This document shows, piece after piece, positions 28,486 through 38,667 of a stretch of 64,000 nucleotides of DNA (position 1 is the first letter of the stretch; each line of letters begins with the position of its first letter). The stretch comes from Dehalococcoidia bacterium (GTDB lineage: Bacteria > Chloroflexota > Dehalococcoidia > Lucifugimonadales > Lucifugimonadaceae): the NCBI GenBank assembly GCA_046583495.1, contig JAYGCF010000008.1, positions 7 to 64,006 on the forward strand, read 5' to 3'. Made by a program: the position numbers and the translations under genes. The notes beneath the pieces were generated by a model, which did no database searches, was not told the origin of the DNA, and saw only the letters and a program-made list of their open reading frames with translations.

Positions 28486-29526
28486 ATGGCCATACCAATG
28501 CGCGCACTCGTATTTCACGGTAGAAACGACATTAGACTGGAAGTTGTACCGGAACCTGAAACCAAACCTGAAGAGATAAAAATACGTGTCATGAACGCTT
28601 CGATTTGTGCCACGGATATTGAAGAATGGAAGTATGGACCGACTTTCATCACATCAGTTCCAACGGTACTCGGACATGAGGTTGCTGGTGAGGTGGTCGA
28701 GATAGGTGACTACACTTCGGGATTATCTGTGGGCGATCGAGTCATAGTCGATAACGTACTCACCTGTGGTAATTGTTACTGGTGCCAAATCGGTTCACAG
28801 GCGACCTGCCCGAATATGGAGGTCGCAGGTTTGGGACGTGATGGCGGTCTCTCAGAATTTATGGTTTGGCCATCGGATCATCTGATCAAATTACCGGATG
28901 AGATAAGGGACGAAGAAGCACCTTTAATTGAACCTGCGACAGTTGCTTTACACGCTGTTAGGCGATCTGGTGTGAGAGTAGGGGAGAGCGTGGCAGTGAT
29001 AGGTCTTGGTACTGTTGGATTGTTAACTGTCCAAGCGTTCAAATCTGCTGGAGCGATTGTTTATGGGTTGGATTTAAGGCCCACCAGCCTTGAGATGGCT
29101 CGCCAACTCGGCGCCGACGCAGTGGTCGATGCAAGTCAGAACGATTCGGGTGAACAACTGGCTAGCCTTACAGGAGGTATTGGTCCGGATATTGTTGTTG
29201 AAACCTCTGGCGCTGTGAATACGCCTGTGAACGCATTCGATTGGGTACGCAGGGCCGGGAAGGTTGTACTGGTCGGTATATATTCAGCCCGTCCCCAAGT
29301 GGACTTCAACTCGACGGTGTTCAAAGAACTAAACGTAATCGGGAGTGTCGCGGCTGGAACCGGCGACATGCGAGCTGCGGTGCAACTGGTTGCGGAAGGC
29401 AAGATTCAACTTGGAGACCTGGTATCCGGGCGTATCTCCTTGGATCGAGTTATCCCGGATGGCTTTGAGCGAATGGCTTCGGAGTCGAAAGACGTTTTCC
29501 GAATTCTGGTGTCCCCGGACGCTTAA
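28486..29526 (+). CDS. zinc-dependent medium-chain alcohol/polyol dehydrogenase
   Basis: GHEVAGEVVEIG, structural-Zn Cys cluster CGNCYWCQIGSQATC, Rossmann VIGLGTVGL. The start is uncertain (28477-28498). Confidence 0.85.
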   Translation: MAIPMRALVFHGRNDIRLEVVPEPETKPEEIKIRVMNASICATDIEEWKYGPTFITSVPTVLGHEVAGEVVEIGDYTSGLSVGDRVIVDNVLTCGNCYWCQIGSQATCPNMEVAGLGRDGGLSEFMVWPSDHLIKLPDEIRDEEAPLIEPATVALHAVRRSGVRVGESVAVIGLGTVGLLTVQAFKSAGAIVYGLDLRPTSLEMARQLGADAVVDASQNDSGEQLASLTGGIGPDIVVETSGAVNTPVNAFDWVRRAGKVVLVGIYSARPQVDFNSTVFKELNVIGSVAAGTGDMRAAVQLVAEGKIQLGDLVSGRISLDRVIPDGFERMASESKDVFRILVSPDA

Positions 29527-29562
29527 TACTCAAATAAAAGTGCGATAGAGAGGGTGTTGCAT

Positions 29563-30645
29563 ATGCACTACGAGGGTGAACGGACATATGGTGCCCGAAT
29601 TTCGAGTGCCTGGACATACAGGGGTCTCCGGACCGTGGTCATTGAAAACGAGCTGCTAAAGGTGGTCGTTTTGGCTGACAAGGGAGCTGACATATACAGC
29701 ATCGTTCATAAGCCGACCGATACCGATTTCATGTGGCGAACGCCTTGGGGGGTACGGGATCCTCAAAAATTTATCCCGACGACGGGAGGAGCCGAGAATA
29801 ACTGGATGGATGTCTATGAGGGCGGTTGGCAGACGGTCGTGCCTCATGGTGGCTATCCTTCGACCGTGGCTGGTGCTGAACTGGGTTTGCATGCGGAAAT
29901 GAGCACGATACCGTGGGATGTTTATATTGACGAGGATACCCCGCAACGCGTAGCAGTAACGTTCCGTGCGCGTGGCTACCGCACACCTTTTTCTGTGAGC
30001 AAAACACTCTCTATAGAAACGGGCAGTGCGGTCCTAACACTGGATGAGACTGTGACCAACGAGGCGGAAGAAGAGGCGGACGCTGTCTGGTTGGAACACG
30101 TTGCGATCGGTGCACCGTTCTTGTCAGAAAAGTGTCGATTGGACGTTTCTGCTCACACTGTTTTAACCGACGGGAAGGTCACATCTGACTCTTCTAAGCT
30201 CCTGACCAACCACCGCGGTGACTGGCCTCACGTACCTGCACAGGACGGTTCACTGATTGACTTCACTCGTATTCCCTCTGTTGAAGACCGATCCCTGGAT
30301 ATGGCATATATGACGGAGATGACGGAGGGTTGGTACGCTGTCACAAATGAGGAAACCGGTGTTGGATTCGGCCTTAGGTTTCCTTCCGCCGTGTTCCCAT
30401 ATTTATGGTATTGGCGGAACCTTGGTGGCGGGTGGGGCTATCCCTGGTACGGCCGCGGCTACAACGTCGGACTTGAGCCGTGTACCTCGATGTCTAACGC
30501 GGGGCTCGCTGGCGCTATAGATAACCAGACGGCGAGACATTTCGGAGCAGGAGAGGCAGTTTCAGTGACGATGAAAGCTGTAGCTTACACGGGGCGGGGT
30601 CCCGTCACGAGAATCGACGAGAACGGGGCGGTTAGCCTCGGGTAG
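29563..30645 (+). CDS. aldose-1-epimerase-superfamily protein (DUF4432-like)
   Basis: ~360 aa, all-beta pattern with LLKVVVLADKGADIYSIVHKPTDTDFMW and ...GLEPCTS. The assignment is from memory of the family. Confidence 0.5.
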   Translation: MHYEGERTYGARISSAWTYRGLRTVVIENELLKVVVLADKGADIYSIVHKPTDTDFMWRTPWGVRDPQKFIPTTGGAENNWMDVYEGGWQTVVPHGGYPSTVAGAELGLHAEMSTIPWDVYIDEDTPQRVAVTFRARGYRTPFSVSKTLSIETGSAVLTLDETVTNEAEEEADAVWLEHVAIGAPFLSEKCRLDVSAHTVLTDGKVTSDSSKLLTNHRGDWPHVPAQDGSLIDFTRIPSVEDRSLDMAYMTEMTEGWYAVTNEETGVGFGLRFPSAVFPYLWYWRNLGGGWGYPWYGRGYNVGLEPCTSMSNAGLAGAIDNQTARHFGAGEAVSVTMKAVAYTGRGPVTRIDENGAVSLG

Positions 30646-30710
30646 TCGCACATACAATGCGACCAGAGTTTCAAATAACCCAACAGGTATTCAAAGTTAA
30701 AGGAAAGACC

Positions 30711-31715
30711 ATGCGTACGCGTCAGTTCGGCGATTCAGGCCTCGAAACCTCTGTGATTGGTTTTGGGGGTTGGCCAATGGGACGTGGCCAGTATGGTGAT
30801 CTCGACGACGACGAAGCGATAGCAGCCGTGCATACTGCATTTGATGGCGGCATAACTCTCTATGACACTGCAGCGGTCTACGGATGGGGTTACGGAGAGA
30901 CGCTAATGGGCAGAGCTATCAAGGATCTCAGACGGGAGGATATCGTTCTCGTCACCAAGGGGGCAAGGGAGTGGAAAACCGGTAACGCCGATAACCGCGC
31001 AGCCACGGTTGCGGACTCAAACCCAGATTTACTGAGAGCTTCTATAGACGCCAGTCTCAAACGCCTACAGACAGACTATATAGATGTGTTTCTGATCCAT
31101 TGGCCGGACAAGGACCGACCGTTCTCTGATCCAATGAGAGTGCTTGAAGAGGCCAAGAAGGCTGGCAAAATTCGGCACACTGGAGTGTCTAATTTTTCGG
31201 TCCCTATGATGGAAGAGTCACTTCAAACCAGTCCGATTATTACGGAGCAAATCGGCTATCACATTTTTGACCGTCGTCCTGAAACCGAGGTTATGCCTTT
31301 CGTCCAGTCGCAGGGTATGGGGATCATGGCTTACGGCTCAATGGCTCACGGGTTGCTGACAGGAGTTTGGACGGCGAACCAAGACTTTGGTCCGGACGAC
31401 TGGCGCGCGCGGGGAGATAACTTTGGAATTAGCAGCTGGGGTTCGGACAACCTGGCTGCAAATATCGCCACAGTTGAGAAGCTGAAAGTGATGGCATCTG
31501 ATCACGGTAAGACAATTGCACAACTCGCCATCGCATGGGTGTTGGACAACGAGACTGTGAGCGTTGCACTCGCCGGGGCCAAGAAACCATCAGAAATCAT
31601 TGAAGACCTAGGCGGAGATTGGGACTTGCCATCTGGTCTCAAGCAACAAATTGATGACCTCGTACTTGCTGAAGGTTCCGGCGTTGGTCTGTCGGGTATG
31701 GAGATAGCAACCTAA
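30711..31715 (+). CDS. aldo/keto reductase
   Basis: MRTRQFGDSGLETSVIGFGGWPMG, LYDTAAVYG (Asp/Tyr), LVTKG (Lys), IDVFLIHWPD (His). Confidence 0.9.
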   Translation: MRTRQFGDSGLETSVIGFGGWPMGRGQYGDLDDDEAIAAVHTAFDGGITLYDTAAVYGWGYGETLMGRAIKDLRREDIVLVTKGAREWKTGNADNRAATVADSNPDLLRASIDASLKRLQTDYIDVFLIHWPDKDRPFSDPMRVLEEAKKAGKIRHTGVSNFSVPMMEESLQTSPIITEQIGYHIFDRRPETEVMPFVQSQGMGIMAYGSMAHGLLTGVWTANQDFGPDDWRARGDNFGISSWGSDNLAANIATVEKLKVMASDHGKTIAQLAIAWVLDNETVSVALAGAKKPSEIIEDLGGDWDLPSGLKQQIDDLVLAEGSGVGLSGMEIAT

Positions 31716-32503
31716 TGTTGATAATCGACACACATTGTCATGCCGGTCGAAACTGGTTTGAACCTGTAGAGACTCTTGTCCACGTCATGGACATGGACGA
31801 AGTTGATCACGCCTTATTGCTGCAGCATAGAGGGACGTACGACGCCGAATACTTATTCCAATGTTGTGAAAGATACCCTGGTCGTTTCAGGTCTGCTGTC
31901 CAAATAGACCATAGATTGGATGATCAGGTCGGTGCGTTAACCCGGGAGGCCGAACGTGGTGCAGGTGGTGTCAGACTTTACACCGATGATTCAGGAGCGC
32001 CGCAGCAACCCGAATTATGGGAGGCTGCTGGACGCCTCGGTGTTGGCGTTAGCTCCCAGGGTACGTTTAAGGGCTTTTTGACAGAGGCTTACCGGGACCT
32101 GATTGCATCAGTACCAGACACACAGGTCGTGATTGAGCATTTTGGAAATGCTGGTCATGGTCACAAGCCGCCTTATGAGGAGTTCAGGCGACTGTTGAAA
32201 CTGGCTGATTTGCCTAACGCCACCATGAAGTTGCACGGGTTTGGTGAGATAGGGGAAAGGCCTGAAGTTCTGGCTCCTGAGTACAAAATAGAGAACGTTC
32301 CTCCCTTTGTGGAGATGGCGGTAGAGGCCTTCGGGCCAAGACGATTGATGTGGGGGAGCGACTTTCCTCCAAGTGCTGGACGCGAGGGATATCATAATGC
32401 TCTGGATGCCATTAGGAGCCACCCAGCCCTGTCTGCGGGTGAGGATGCTGAGGAAGTGATGGGCCGGACCGCTGCCCGTGTATTTGGTTTCGAGATTGTA
32501 TGA
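31715..32503 (+). CDS. amidohydrolase-2 family hydrolase (lactonase/decarboxylase-type, PF04909-like)
   Basis: IIDTHCHAG HxH at the N-terminus and WGSDFP near the C-terminus. Its start overlaps the AKR stop (TAATG). Confidence 0.8.
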   Translation: MLIIDTHCHAGRNWFEPVETLVHVMDMDEVDHALLLQHRGTYDAEYLFQCCERYPGRFRSAVQIDHRLDDQVGALTREAERGAGGVRLYTDDSGAPQQPELWEAAGRLGVGVSSQGTFKGFLTEAYRDLIASVPDTQVVIEHFGNAGHGHKPPYEEFRRLLKLADLPNATMKLHGFGEIGERPEVLAPEYKIENVPPFVEMAVEAFGPRRLMWGSDFPPSAGREGYHNALDAIRSHPALSAGEDAEEVMGRTAARVFGFEIV

Positions 32504-33057
32504 ACGACAACTCGGGGTCCAACTACTTCGGGCCGGAGCCTCCTGATAGACCCCGAGACTTTGCCAGTCGTGTGGTGAATGCCGCGCTACTTAACGGCAA
32601 GACGTTTCAGGATATACAAGGTGATAAGGCTGGGACGTTTCAGGTTTACGTTCTTGTCGCAGCTGCAGCAATTGCATCGGCTATAGGTACTTTAGACGAC
32701 CTGTCCCTGGCTTTTCAGAATGTCTTTTTGACCATTGCTGGATGGTTGATCTATTCCCATGTGGCGTGGTTCATGCGTAGCTACATCTTCGACTCGGTTC
32801 GTGCCGAAGCATCTCGGCCAAACATGATGCGTGTTGTGGGCATCGCATACGGTGCAGGACTTCTCAGAGCATTCGGAGTTGTTCCAGTCGTTGGTGAGTT
32901 GGTGTTTGCTCTGGCGACCATTTGGATTATTGTCGGGATCTCGGTTGGGTTGAAATCGAGTTTGGCGTTCGAGAATTACGGCCCGGTGATGGGGATAATC
33001 GGAATAGGTATTATTTTAAATTTCACGCTTTCTTCGTTGGTTTTTGCATTTGCGTGA
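32500..33057 (+). CDS. Yip1-like multi-pass membrane protein
   Basis: Soluble N-terminus followed by 4-5 TM segments. Its start overlaps the preceding stop (ATGA). The family call is tentative. Confidence 0.5.
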   Translation: MNDNSGSNYFGPEPPDRPRDFASRVVNAALLNGKTFQDIQGDKAGTFQVYVLVAAAAIASAIGTLDDLSLAFQNVFLTIAGWLIYSHVAWFMRSYIFDSVRAEASRPNMMRVVGIAYGAGLLRAFGVVPVVGELVFALATIWIIVGISVGLKSSLAFENYGPVMGIIGIGIILNFTLSSLVFAFA

Positions 33058-33130
33058 TATCTAAACGTATGACCGATACAATCCGCCCATTACGAGCAAA
33101 ATACTCAAGAAATACAACGGGGGACCGAAG

Positions 33131-34276
33131 ATGAGCCAATCTACTGGCGGATCTGTGTTCCAGCGTATGGGGCTGACGCCTGTTATTAACGCGGGCGGTA
33201 CGAACACCAAGCACTCGGGGTCAAGAATGAGACCCGAGGTGATTGAAGCCATAGAAGAGTCGGCGGGGGTGTTCCTAAACGTCGATGAGCTATTGATTCG
33301 GGCAGGAGAGATGATTGCAGAGGCGATTGGAGTTGAAGCGGCGTTAGTAACGAGTGGGGCGGCGGGCGGACTGGTATTACAGTCTGCGGCAGTCTTGACC
33401 GGAACAGACGTTGCTCGTATCCAGAGTTTACCGATCACTGACTGGTTTCCAAACGAATTGATCATCCAACGGCAGCATCGTTTTGCCTATGATCACGCTT
33501 ATCTGATGACCGGGGCGAAGTTTGTGGAGGTTGGAAAGGGTCGACGCTGTTATCCCGAAGAGGTTGAAGCAGCGATCGGACCGAACACAGCCGGGATCAT
33601 CCACCTAGTTTCCCCCTTCACTGGCGCAGGTGACATACCTCTTTCGGTTCTCGCCGGGATAGGGAGTAAGCACAACATCCCAATTATTTGTGATGCCGCT
33701 TCGATGCTTCCACCTCGTGAAAATCTAAATAGATACCTTGATGAAGGCGCAGATATTGTTAGTTTCAGCGGTGGAAAAGGGATGCGAGGCCCTCAGTCCA
33801 CCGGGATTTTGATCGGCCGCAAAGACCTTATTGAGGCAGCTCGTCTCAACGCTGCTCCCAACCAGGCGATTGGTCGTCCCATGAAAGTATCGAAAGAAGA
33901 GATAGTTGGTCTAGTGGCTGCGGTAGAGGCATTTGTCGCGGAGGACCAAGATGCCGAGACTATACGGTTCCGTCGGCAGTGCGAGATTGTAGTAGACCAG
34001 ATCACTGAGATACCTGGAATTCGAGGGCAGGTAGAACATGACGATAAGGATCACCCCATTCCACACGCGGTGATCTATTTTGAACGTGACTGGCGCGGAC
34101 CTGGTGGAGATGAGATCCACCGCAGACTTATGGAGCGCTCGCCAAGGGTTTACATCAGTCCTCTTGGATTTAAGGGTGAGATATATATGGATCCAATCAA
34201 CTTGCAAGATGGCGAGATTGAGATAGTAGCTGAGGCTATAAGGGAGGAGTTGTTGAAAGCCTCCAGCGGTCGATAG
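33131..34276 (+). CDS. SelA-fold PLP enzyme (DgaE / 'L-seryl-tRNA selenium transferase-related' family)
   Basis: FSGGKGMRGPQSTGILIGRKDLI matches the SelA-type PLP-lysine motif (FSGDKLLGGPQ). At 381 aa it lacks the N-terminal tRNA-binding domain of true SelA. Confidence 0.7.
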   Translation: MSQSTGGSVFQRMGLTPVINAGGTNTKHSGSRMRPEVIEAIEESAGVFLNVDELLIRAGEMIAEAIGVEAALVTSGAAGGLVLQSAAVLTGTDVARIQSLPITDWFPNELIIQRQHRFAYDHAYLMTGAKFVEVGKGRRCYPEEVEAAIGPNTAGIIHLVSPFTGAGDIPLSVLAGIGSKHNIPIICDAASMLPPRENLNRYLDEGADIVSFSGGKGMRGPQSTGILIGRKDLIEAARLNAAPNQAIGRPMKVSKEEIVGLVAAVEAFVAEDQDAETIRFRRQCEIVVDQITEIPGIRGQVEHDDKDHPIPHAVIYFERDWRGPGGDEIHRRLMERSPRVYISPLGFKGEIYMDPINLQDGEIEIVAEAIREELLKASSGR

Positions 34277-34424
34277 AGGTACTAGATGTAGGAGCAATGT
34301 GCAGAACATTGCTCGGAGTTTCAATTACGTACACGGTGCGGCACCGTTTACAATATCTTGTCGCCGATTGGCGAACGGTGTCTTTAACTGCCGTCACAAT
34401 TTCTATCCATTAGACGTAATACAA

Positions 34425-35450
34425 GTGCCAGATATTCGAATCGCCCTCCCATCTGAAGGTGCTCTAGCGAACTCCGCGACCGAGTTGTTAAGTGAGGCTG
34501 GACTACGCGTCAATCGCTCAAGCAGCCGTACTTACACAGCTCGTATCCCGTCGGTTAATGGCGTTGAAGCGTTGTTCCAACGTGCATCCGATATCACCGG
34601 ATTAGTCGACCGTGGAGTGGCTGACATTGGTGTAGTCGGGTTAGACCAATTTCAAGAGGTACATGACGAGGATGGGGATACTGCAGTCCTGATCCCGGAT
34701 CTCAAGTTTGGCGGGTCTGATCTTGTTCTGGCGGTTCCTGACGAGTGGGCGAGCGTAGTAACGCTTGATGGACTCGCCGCCAAGGCATTAGAAATTGAGA
34801 AGACCGGACGAGTTCTCAGGATAGCGACCAAGTATCCGAGACTTATTGGTCGATATCTTGCAAACAACGGCATCAAGTTTGAGGCGGTGGATGCTAAGGG
34901 TGGATTAGAGGCAAGGCCTGAAATCGGCGATGCAGATATGATCGCTGATATCACAGCGAGCGGTACGACGTTGAGGCAGAACCGTTTGAGAAGGCTGGAT
35001 GATCCACCGATCCTCACATCGTCTGCTGTCCTCATTGGAAACTTGGCTTCACTTGATCGCGATGATGCATCTCTTGAGCCGGTCAGGCACATTCTTGAGC
35101 GGCTTGAGTCTCGCGTGTCGGCCCAGGCCTTCCAGTGGGTGATTGCTAATATGCAGGGTGAGTCTCCAGAAGCGGTCGCAGAGCTGGTGAATTCAGATCC
35201 CAAATATTCTGGTCTGCAGGGCCCGACCATAGCACCTGTGTTCAGCAAGTCTGGAGGGTCGTGGTTTTCGGTGCAGGTCGTTGTGCCCAAGGGCGATCTG
35301 ATTCCTGCTATCGACTACATGCGAAGGCTAGGAGCCAGCGGCATAACCGTCAACGATCCCGCATATGTCTTCGAAACGCCGTGTCGTGCTTACGCGGAGT
35401 TACGGAAAAATCTTGGCCGACCTCTCGAGACTAATGGCGCAGGTGGATGA
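34425..35450 (+). CDS. hisG: ATP phosphoribosyltransferase (long form with C-terminal regulatory domain)
   Basis: GTG at 34425 gives VPDIRIALPSEGAL.... DITASGTTLRQNRL signature. It is followed by hisD with an ATGA overlap. Confidence 0.85.
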   Translation: MPDIRIALPSEGALANSATELLSEAGLRVNRSSSRTYTARIPSVNGVEALFQRASDITGLVDRGVADIGVVGLDQFQEVHDEDGDTAVLIPDLKFGGSDLVLAVPDEWASVVTLDGLAAKALEIEKTGRVLRIATKYPRLIGRYLANNGIKFEAVDAKGGLEARPEIGDADMIADITASGTTLRQNRLRRLDDPPILTSSAVLIGNLASLDRDDASLEPVRHILERLESRVSAQAFQWVIANMQGESPEAVAELVNSDPKYSGLQGPTIAPVFSKSGGSWFSVQVVVPKGDLIPAIDYMRRLGASGITVNDPAYVFETPCRAYAELRKNLGRPLETNGAGG

Positions 35451-36721
35451 AGCGGGTAACGGGACTGACCAATGCACTTGAACTGCTCGGGGGATCTCAA
35501 CCGGGTGACATAGAGGCAGATACTATCGCCGCTCGGATTCTGGAGGACGTGAACCAGAATGGTGATGCTGCTGTAAACCGCATCTCAAGTGAGCTGGACG
35601 GTGTGCAGTTGGCTTTTCTCGAAGTGCCACAGGTGGAGATGACGAGGGCGCTTGAGTCTATCCCGGCTCAGACACGTGAAGCCCTCGAGATCGCTGCAGA
35701 ACGTGTCAGGGCGTTTCAAATGGCAGCTCGGCCGGATAGCTGGCATGACAATGAACGTCACTATGGAGAACTGGTGACTCCAGTGGCCCGCGTCGGTGCG
35801 TACGTGCCCGGTGGAACTGCGCCACTCGCATCTACAGTGATCATGACTGTTATTCCTGCGCGTGTGGCAGGTGTCGATGAAGTTTTTCTGGCCACTCCGG
35901 CAAAGGGCAACTCTTTGCCACATCCGGCTGTACTTGCGGCAGCATCGATAGCTGGTGTGGACCGTGTCTTTAAAATAGGTGGTGCTCAGGCCATCGGTGC
36001 ATTTGCTTACGGTACCGAAACGGTTCCCTCTGTGGATTTGATAGTTGGGCCAGGTAATGTGTGGGTGACGGCTGCAAAAAGGCAACTATTCGGACACGTC
36101 GGGATCGACGGAATTTACGGGCCAACCGAAACACTTGTAATCGCTGACGAGACCTCAGATCCGGAGTTCTGCGCTAGTGATCTTTTGGCACAAGCCGAAC
36201 ACGACGTTCTAGCTCGTCCCGTTCTGGTCAGTACGTCGGCAGTAGTTGCCGACGCGATCGAATCTGCAATCGCGCGACAACTGTCACAGTTACCACGTTC
36301 CAAGATCGCCGGACAGTCTGTTGACGCAAATGGCGTATCGGTAATCGTTGACTCCGTTGAGGAAGCAATAGCAGTAGCTAACGAAGTCGCCCCCGAACAT
36401 CTTTGTCTTGCAATCTCAGACCCGACTCCTTATGTGTCACTAGTAAGGAGTGCTGGTGGACTCTTCGTTGGCGAGTATTCCGCTGAAGTTATGGGAGATT
36501 ATGTTGCTGGACCAAGTCATGTGATGCCAACGGGTGGAACTGCTCGATTTGCCTCCGCACTTAACGTTAGACACTTTTTAAAGTTCACACCGGTAGTCGA
36601 TCTGGATGCCGAAGGATTCATGAAGATAGCCAATCAGGCTTCTGTGTTGGCCCGAGCAGAGGGACTCCATGGTCATGCTAATGCAGCAGAACTGCGAATG
36701 AAGCGCTTGATCGGGGAGTAG
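35447..36721 (+). CDS. hisD: histidinol dehydrogenase
   Basis: 424 aa. VGAYVPGG, GPGNVWV, LLAQAEHD, SHVMPTGGTARF. Confidence 0.95.
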   Translation: MKRVTGLTNALELLGGSQPGDIEADTIAARILEDVNQNGDAAVNRISSELDGVQLAFLEVPQVEMTRALESIPAQTREALEIAAERVRAFQMAARPDSWHDNERHYGELVTPVARVGAYVPGGTAPLASTVIMTVIPARVAGVDEVFLATPAKGNSLPHPAVLAAASIAGVDRVFKIGGAQAIGAFAYGTETVPSVDLIVGPGNVWVTAAKRQLFGHVGIDGIYGPTETLVIADETSDPEFCASDLLAQAEHDVLARPVLVSTSAVVADAIESAIARQLSQLPRSKIAGQSVDANGVSVIVDSVEEAIAVANEVAPEHLCLAISDPTPYVSLVRSAGGLFVGEYSAEVMGDYVAGPSHVMPTGGTARFASALNVRHFLKFTPVVDLDAEGFMKIANQASVLARAEGLHGHANAAELRMKRLIGE

Positions 36722-36814
36722 CCTCGGCCGCGTTCCTGTGGTGTAATCCGGTTTACGAGCTCTGATCTAATCCGTGAACCTAATCTCAACCAACCAAACG
36801 ATACGGAACTACGT

Positions 36815-37897
36815 TTGTCACAGATACAAAAACTTATGAGGCCCCATCTCATAATCCCTGAAACCTACGCGACTGCTGTGTCCCCCGATGATATGGCGGC
36901 AAAAGCCGGCGTGTCTCCGGAGATGATAGTTCGTGTAAATCAGAACGAGAACCCGTTTGGGGCTGACCCTGATATAGCGGCGTCGCTAACCGACCTTCCG
37001 TTACATCTTTACCCGGATCCTAATCAGGTCAAAATTCGAACATCACTTTCGGAATACACAGGGCATCCGACGGGGCAGATCCTGGCTGGAGCGGGAGCCG
37101 ACGAGATGATTGATCTCCTGATGCGTTTGTTCGTTGCACCACGTGATCGAGTTTTGGATTGCAAGCCCACCTTTGGGATGTATCACTTCTGTGCGCGGGT
37201 GGCTGACGCAGAGGTCGTTTCGATCCAGCGAGATGCGGCCTTCGAGGTCGATGTTGAGGCAGTGGCTCGTGAGGATGACGATAGAACGAAGATCGTTTTC
37301 CTGGCATCCCCAAATAACCCCACTGGAAACATTCTTACGGAAGAGCAAACGCGCGAATTGCTTAAACTTGGGATGGTGATTGTTGTAGACGAAACCTACT
37401 ACGAGTTTTCAGGGCAGACCGTATCCCACTTGATTCCAGAGTTCGAAAATCTGGTGGTCCTTCGCTCGTTCAGTAAATGGGCTGGAATTGCTGGATTGAG
37501 GGTTGGATATATGATCGCTCACCCTGAAATCATTAACCGACTTATCGATATAAAGAATCCCTACAACGTCAACATAGCTGCCGAGGCCGCACTTCTGGCA
37601 ACGATGGAGCATCGAGAGAAGTTACTTGGAAAGGTTGCGGTTCTCCTTGACCAGAGGAAACGCATGGAAGAGATGTTCGACTCGATGGCTAACGTTTCCT
37701 ACGTTCCGTCCCACGCTAACTTCCTCCTGACTCGGTTTGACGACCACCTCGCAGTTGACCTTTATGAAACTCTCATAAAAAAAGGCATCTTTGTACGCCC
37801 TTTCTCTGATCCTAGACTTACTCATGACCTTCGGATAAGCACCGGGACTCCTGAAGAGACAACTCGGGTACTAGAAGTGATTTCAGAGATCGCGTAA
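36815..37897 (+). CDS. hisC: histidinol-phosphate aminotransferase
   Basis: NQNENPFG, SPNNPTG, PLP-lysine motif RSFSKWAGIAGLRVGY. Lies in the his operon. Confidence 0.9.
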   Translation: MSQIQKLMRPHLIIPETYATAVSPDDMAAKAGVSPEMIVRVNQNENPFGADPDIAASLTDLPLHLYPDPNQVKIRTSLSEYTGHPTGQILAGAGADEMIDLLMRLFVAPRDRVLDCKPTFGMYHFCARVADAEVVSIQRDAAFEVDVEAVAREDDDRTKIVFLASPNNPTGNILTEEQTRELLKLGMVIVVDETYYEFSGQTVSHLIPEFENLVVLRSFSKWAGIAGLRVGYMIAHPEIINRLIDIKNPYNVNIAAEAALLATMEHREKLLGKVAVLLDQRKRMEEMFDSMANVSYVPSHANFLLTRFDDHLAVDLYETLIKKGIFVRPFSDPRLTHDLRISTGTPEETTRVLEVISEIA

Positions 37898-38014
37898 TTG
37901 TTCGAATTCCTCCTAATGTGAAGTGCACTCCGCTTGCACCTTCGGGTGTCACAACGGGACCATTGACATTCATAGCGTCGCGCGAGCGACGTTTTTATCT
38001 GAAAGACTTACGAA

Positions 38015-38614
38015 ATGACTGTCGACAGCACGCGTACCGCTACAATTGAACGGAAGACCGGCGAGAGTAATATCACCATCAAGGTGAACCTTGATGGGAC
38101 TGGTATATCGGATATCAACACCCCGAATGGGTTTATGAATCATATGCTGGATGCTCTCGCGCGTCACGGCTCTATTGATCTTTCTGTGATAGCGTCGGGA
38201 GACACCGAGTCTGGTCCACACCACATCGCTGAGGATACCGCGATAGTGCTCGGGCGTTGTATTGACCAAGCCCTGGGTGAACGTCGCGGAATTGTGCGCA
38301 TGGGACACGCATTTGTGCCTCTGGATGAGGCCCTGACGATGTGTGCGGTGGACTTGAGTGGACGGGGTTATGCGGTTGTAGACATGGGATCTAACAACAA
38401 TATTGGCGAGTTCCCCACGGATTTAGCGCGCCATTTCTTTGAGTCAACTTCAGCAGAAGGAAGATTTAACATTCACCTTAATGTTGAAAAAGGCACTAAC
38501 GAGCACCACATTATTGAGTCCGCATTTAAGGCCTTTGGCCGGGCGCTCAGGGATGCAGTAACTCTAGATCACCGCAACCCAGACACGATCCCAAGCACCA
38601 AGGGCGCGCTTTAG
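38015..38614 (+). CDS. hisB: imidazoleglycerol-phosphate dehydratase
   Basis: RKTGESNITIKVNLDG, HHIAEDTAIVLG, EHHIIESAFKAFGRAL. Confidence 0.95.
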   Translation: MTVDSTRTATIERKTGESNITIKVNLDGTGISDINTPNGFMNHMLDALARHGSIDLSVIASGDTESGPHHIAEDTAIVLGRCIDQALGERRGIVRMGHAFVPLDEALTMCAVDLSGRGYAVVDMGSNNNIGEFPTDLARHFFESTSAEGRFNIHLNVEKGTNEHHIIESAFKAFGRALRDAVTLDHRNPDTIPSTKGAL

Positions 38615-38667
38615 TTCGGAAAAGCAGTCTATACGGTTGTGAAATGACAGCCGGGCGGCAGCTGTGT

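Noticed and set aside
33131-34276. The SelA-motif protein as the genuine selenocysteine synthase supporting the Sec candidate at 9823.
   Set aside because: At 381 aa it lacks the N-terminal tRNA-binding domain of bacterial SelA (about 460 aa). It reads FSGGKGMRGPQ rather than FSGDKLLGGPQ. It also sits in a sugar-acid-type operon, so it fits the DgaE/'SelA-related' paralog family better.
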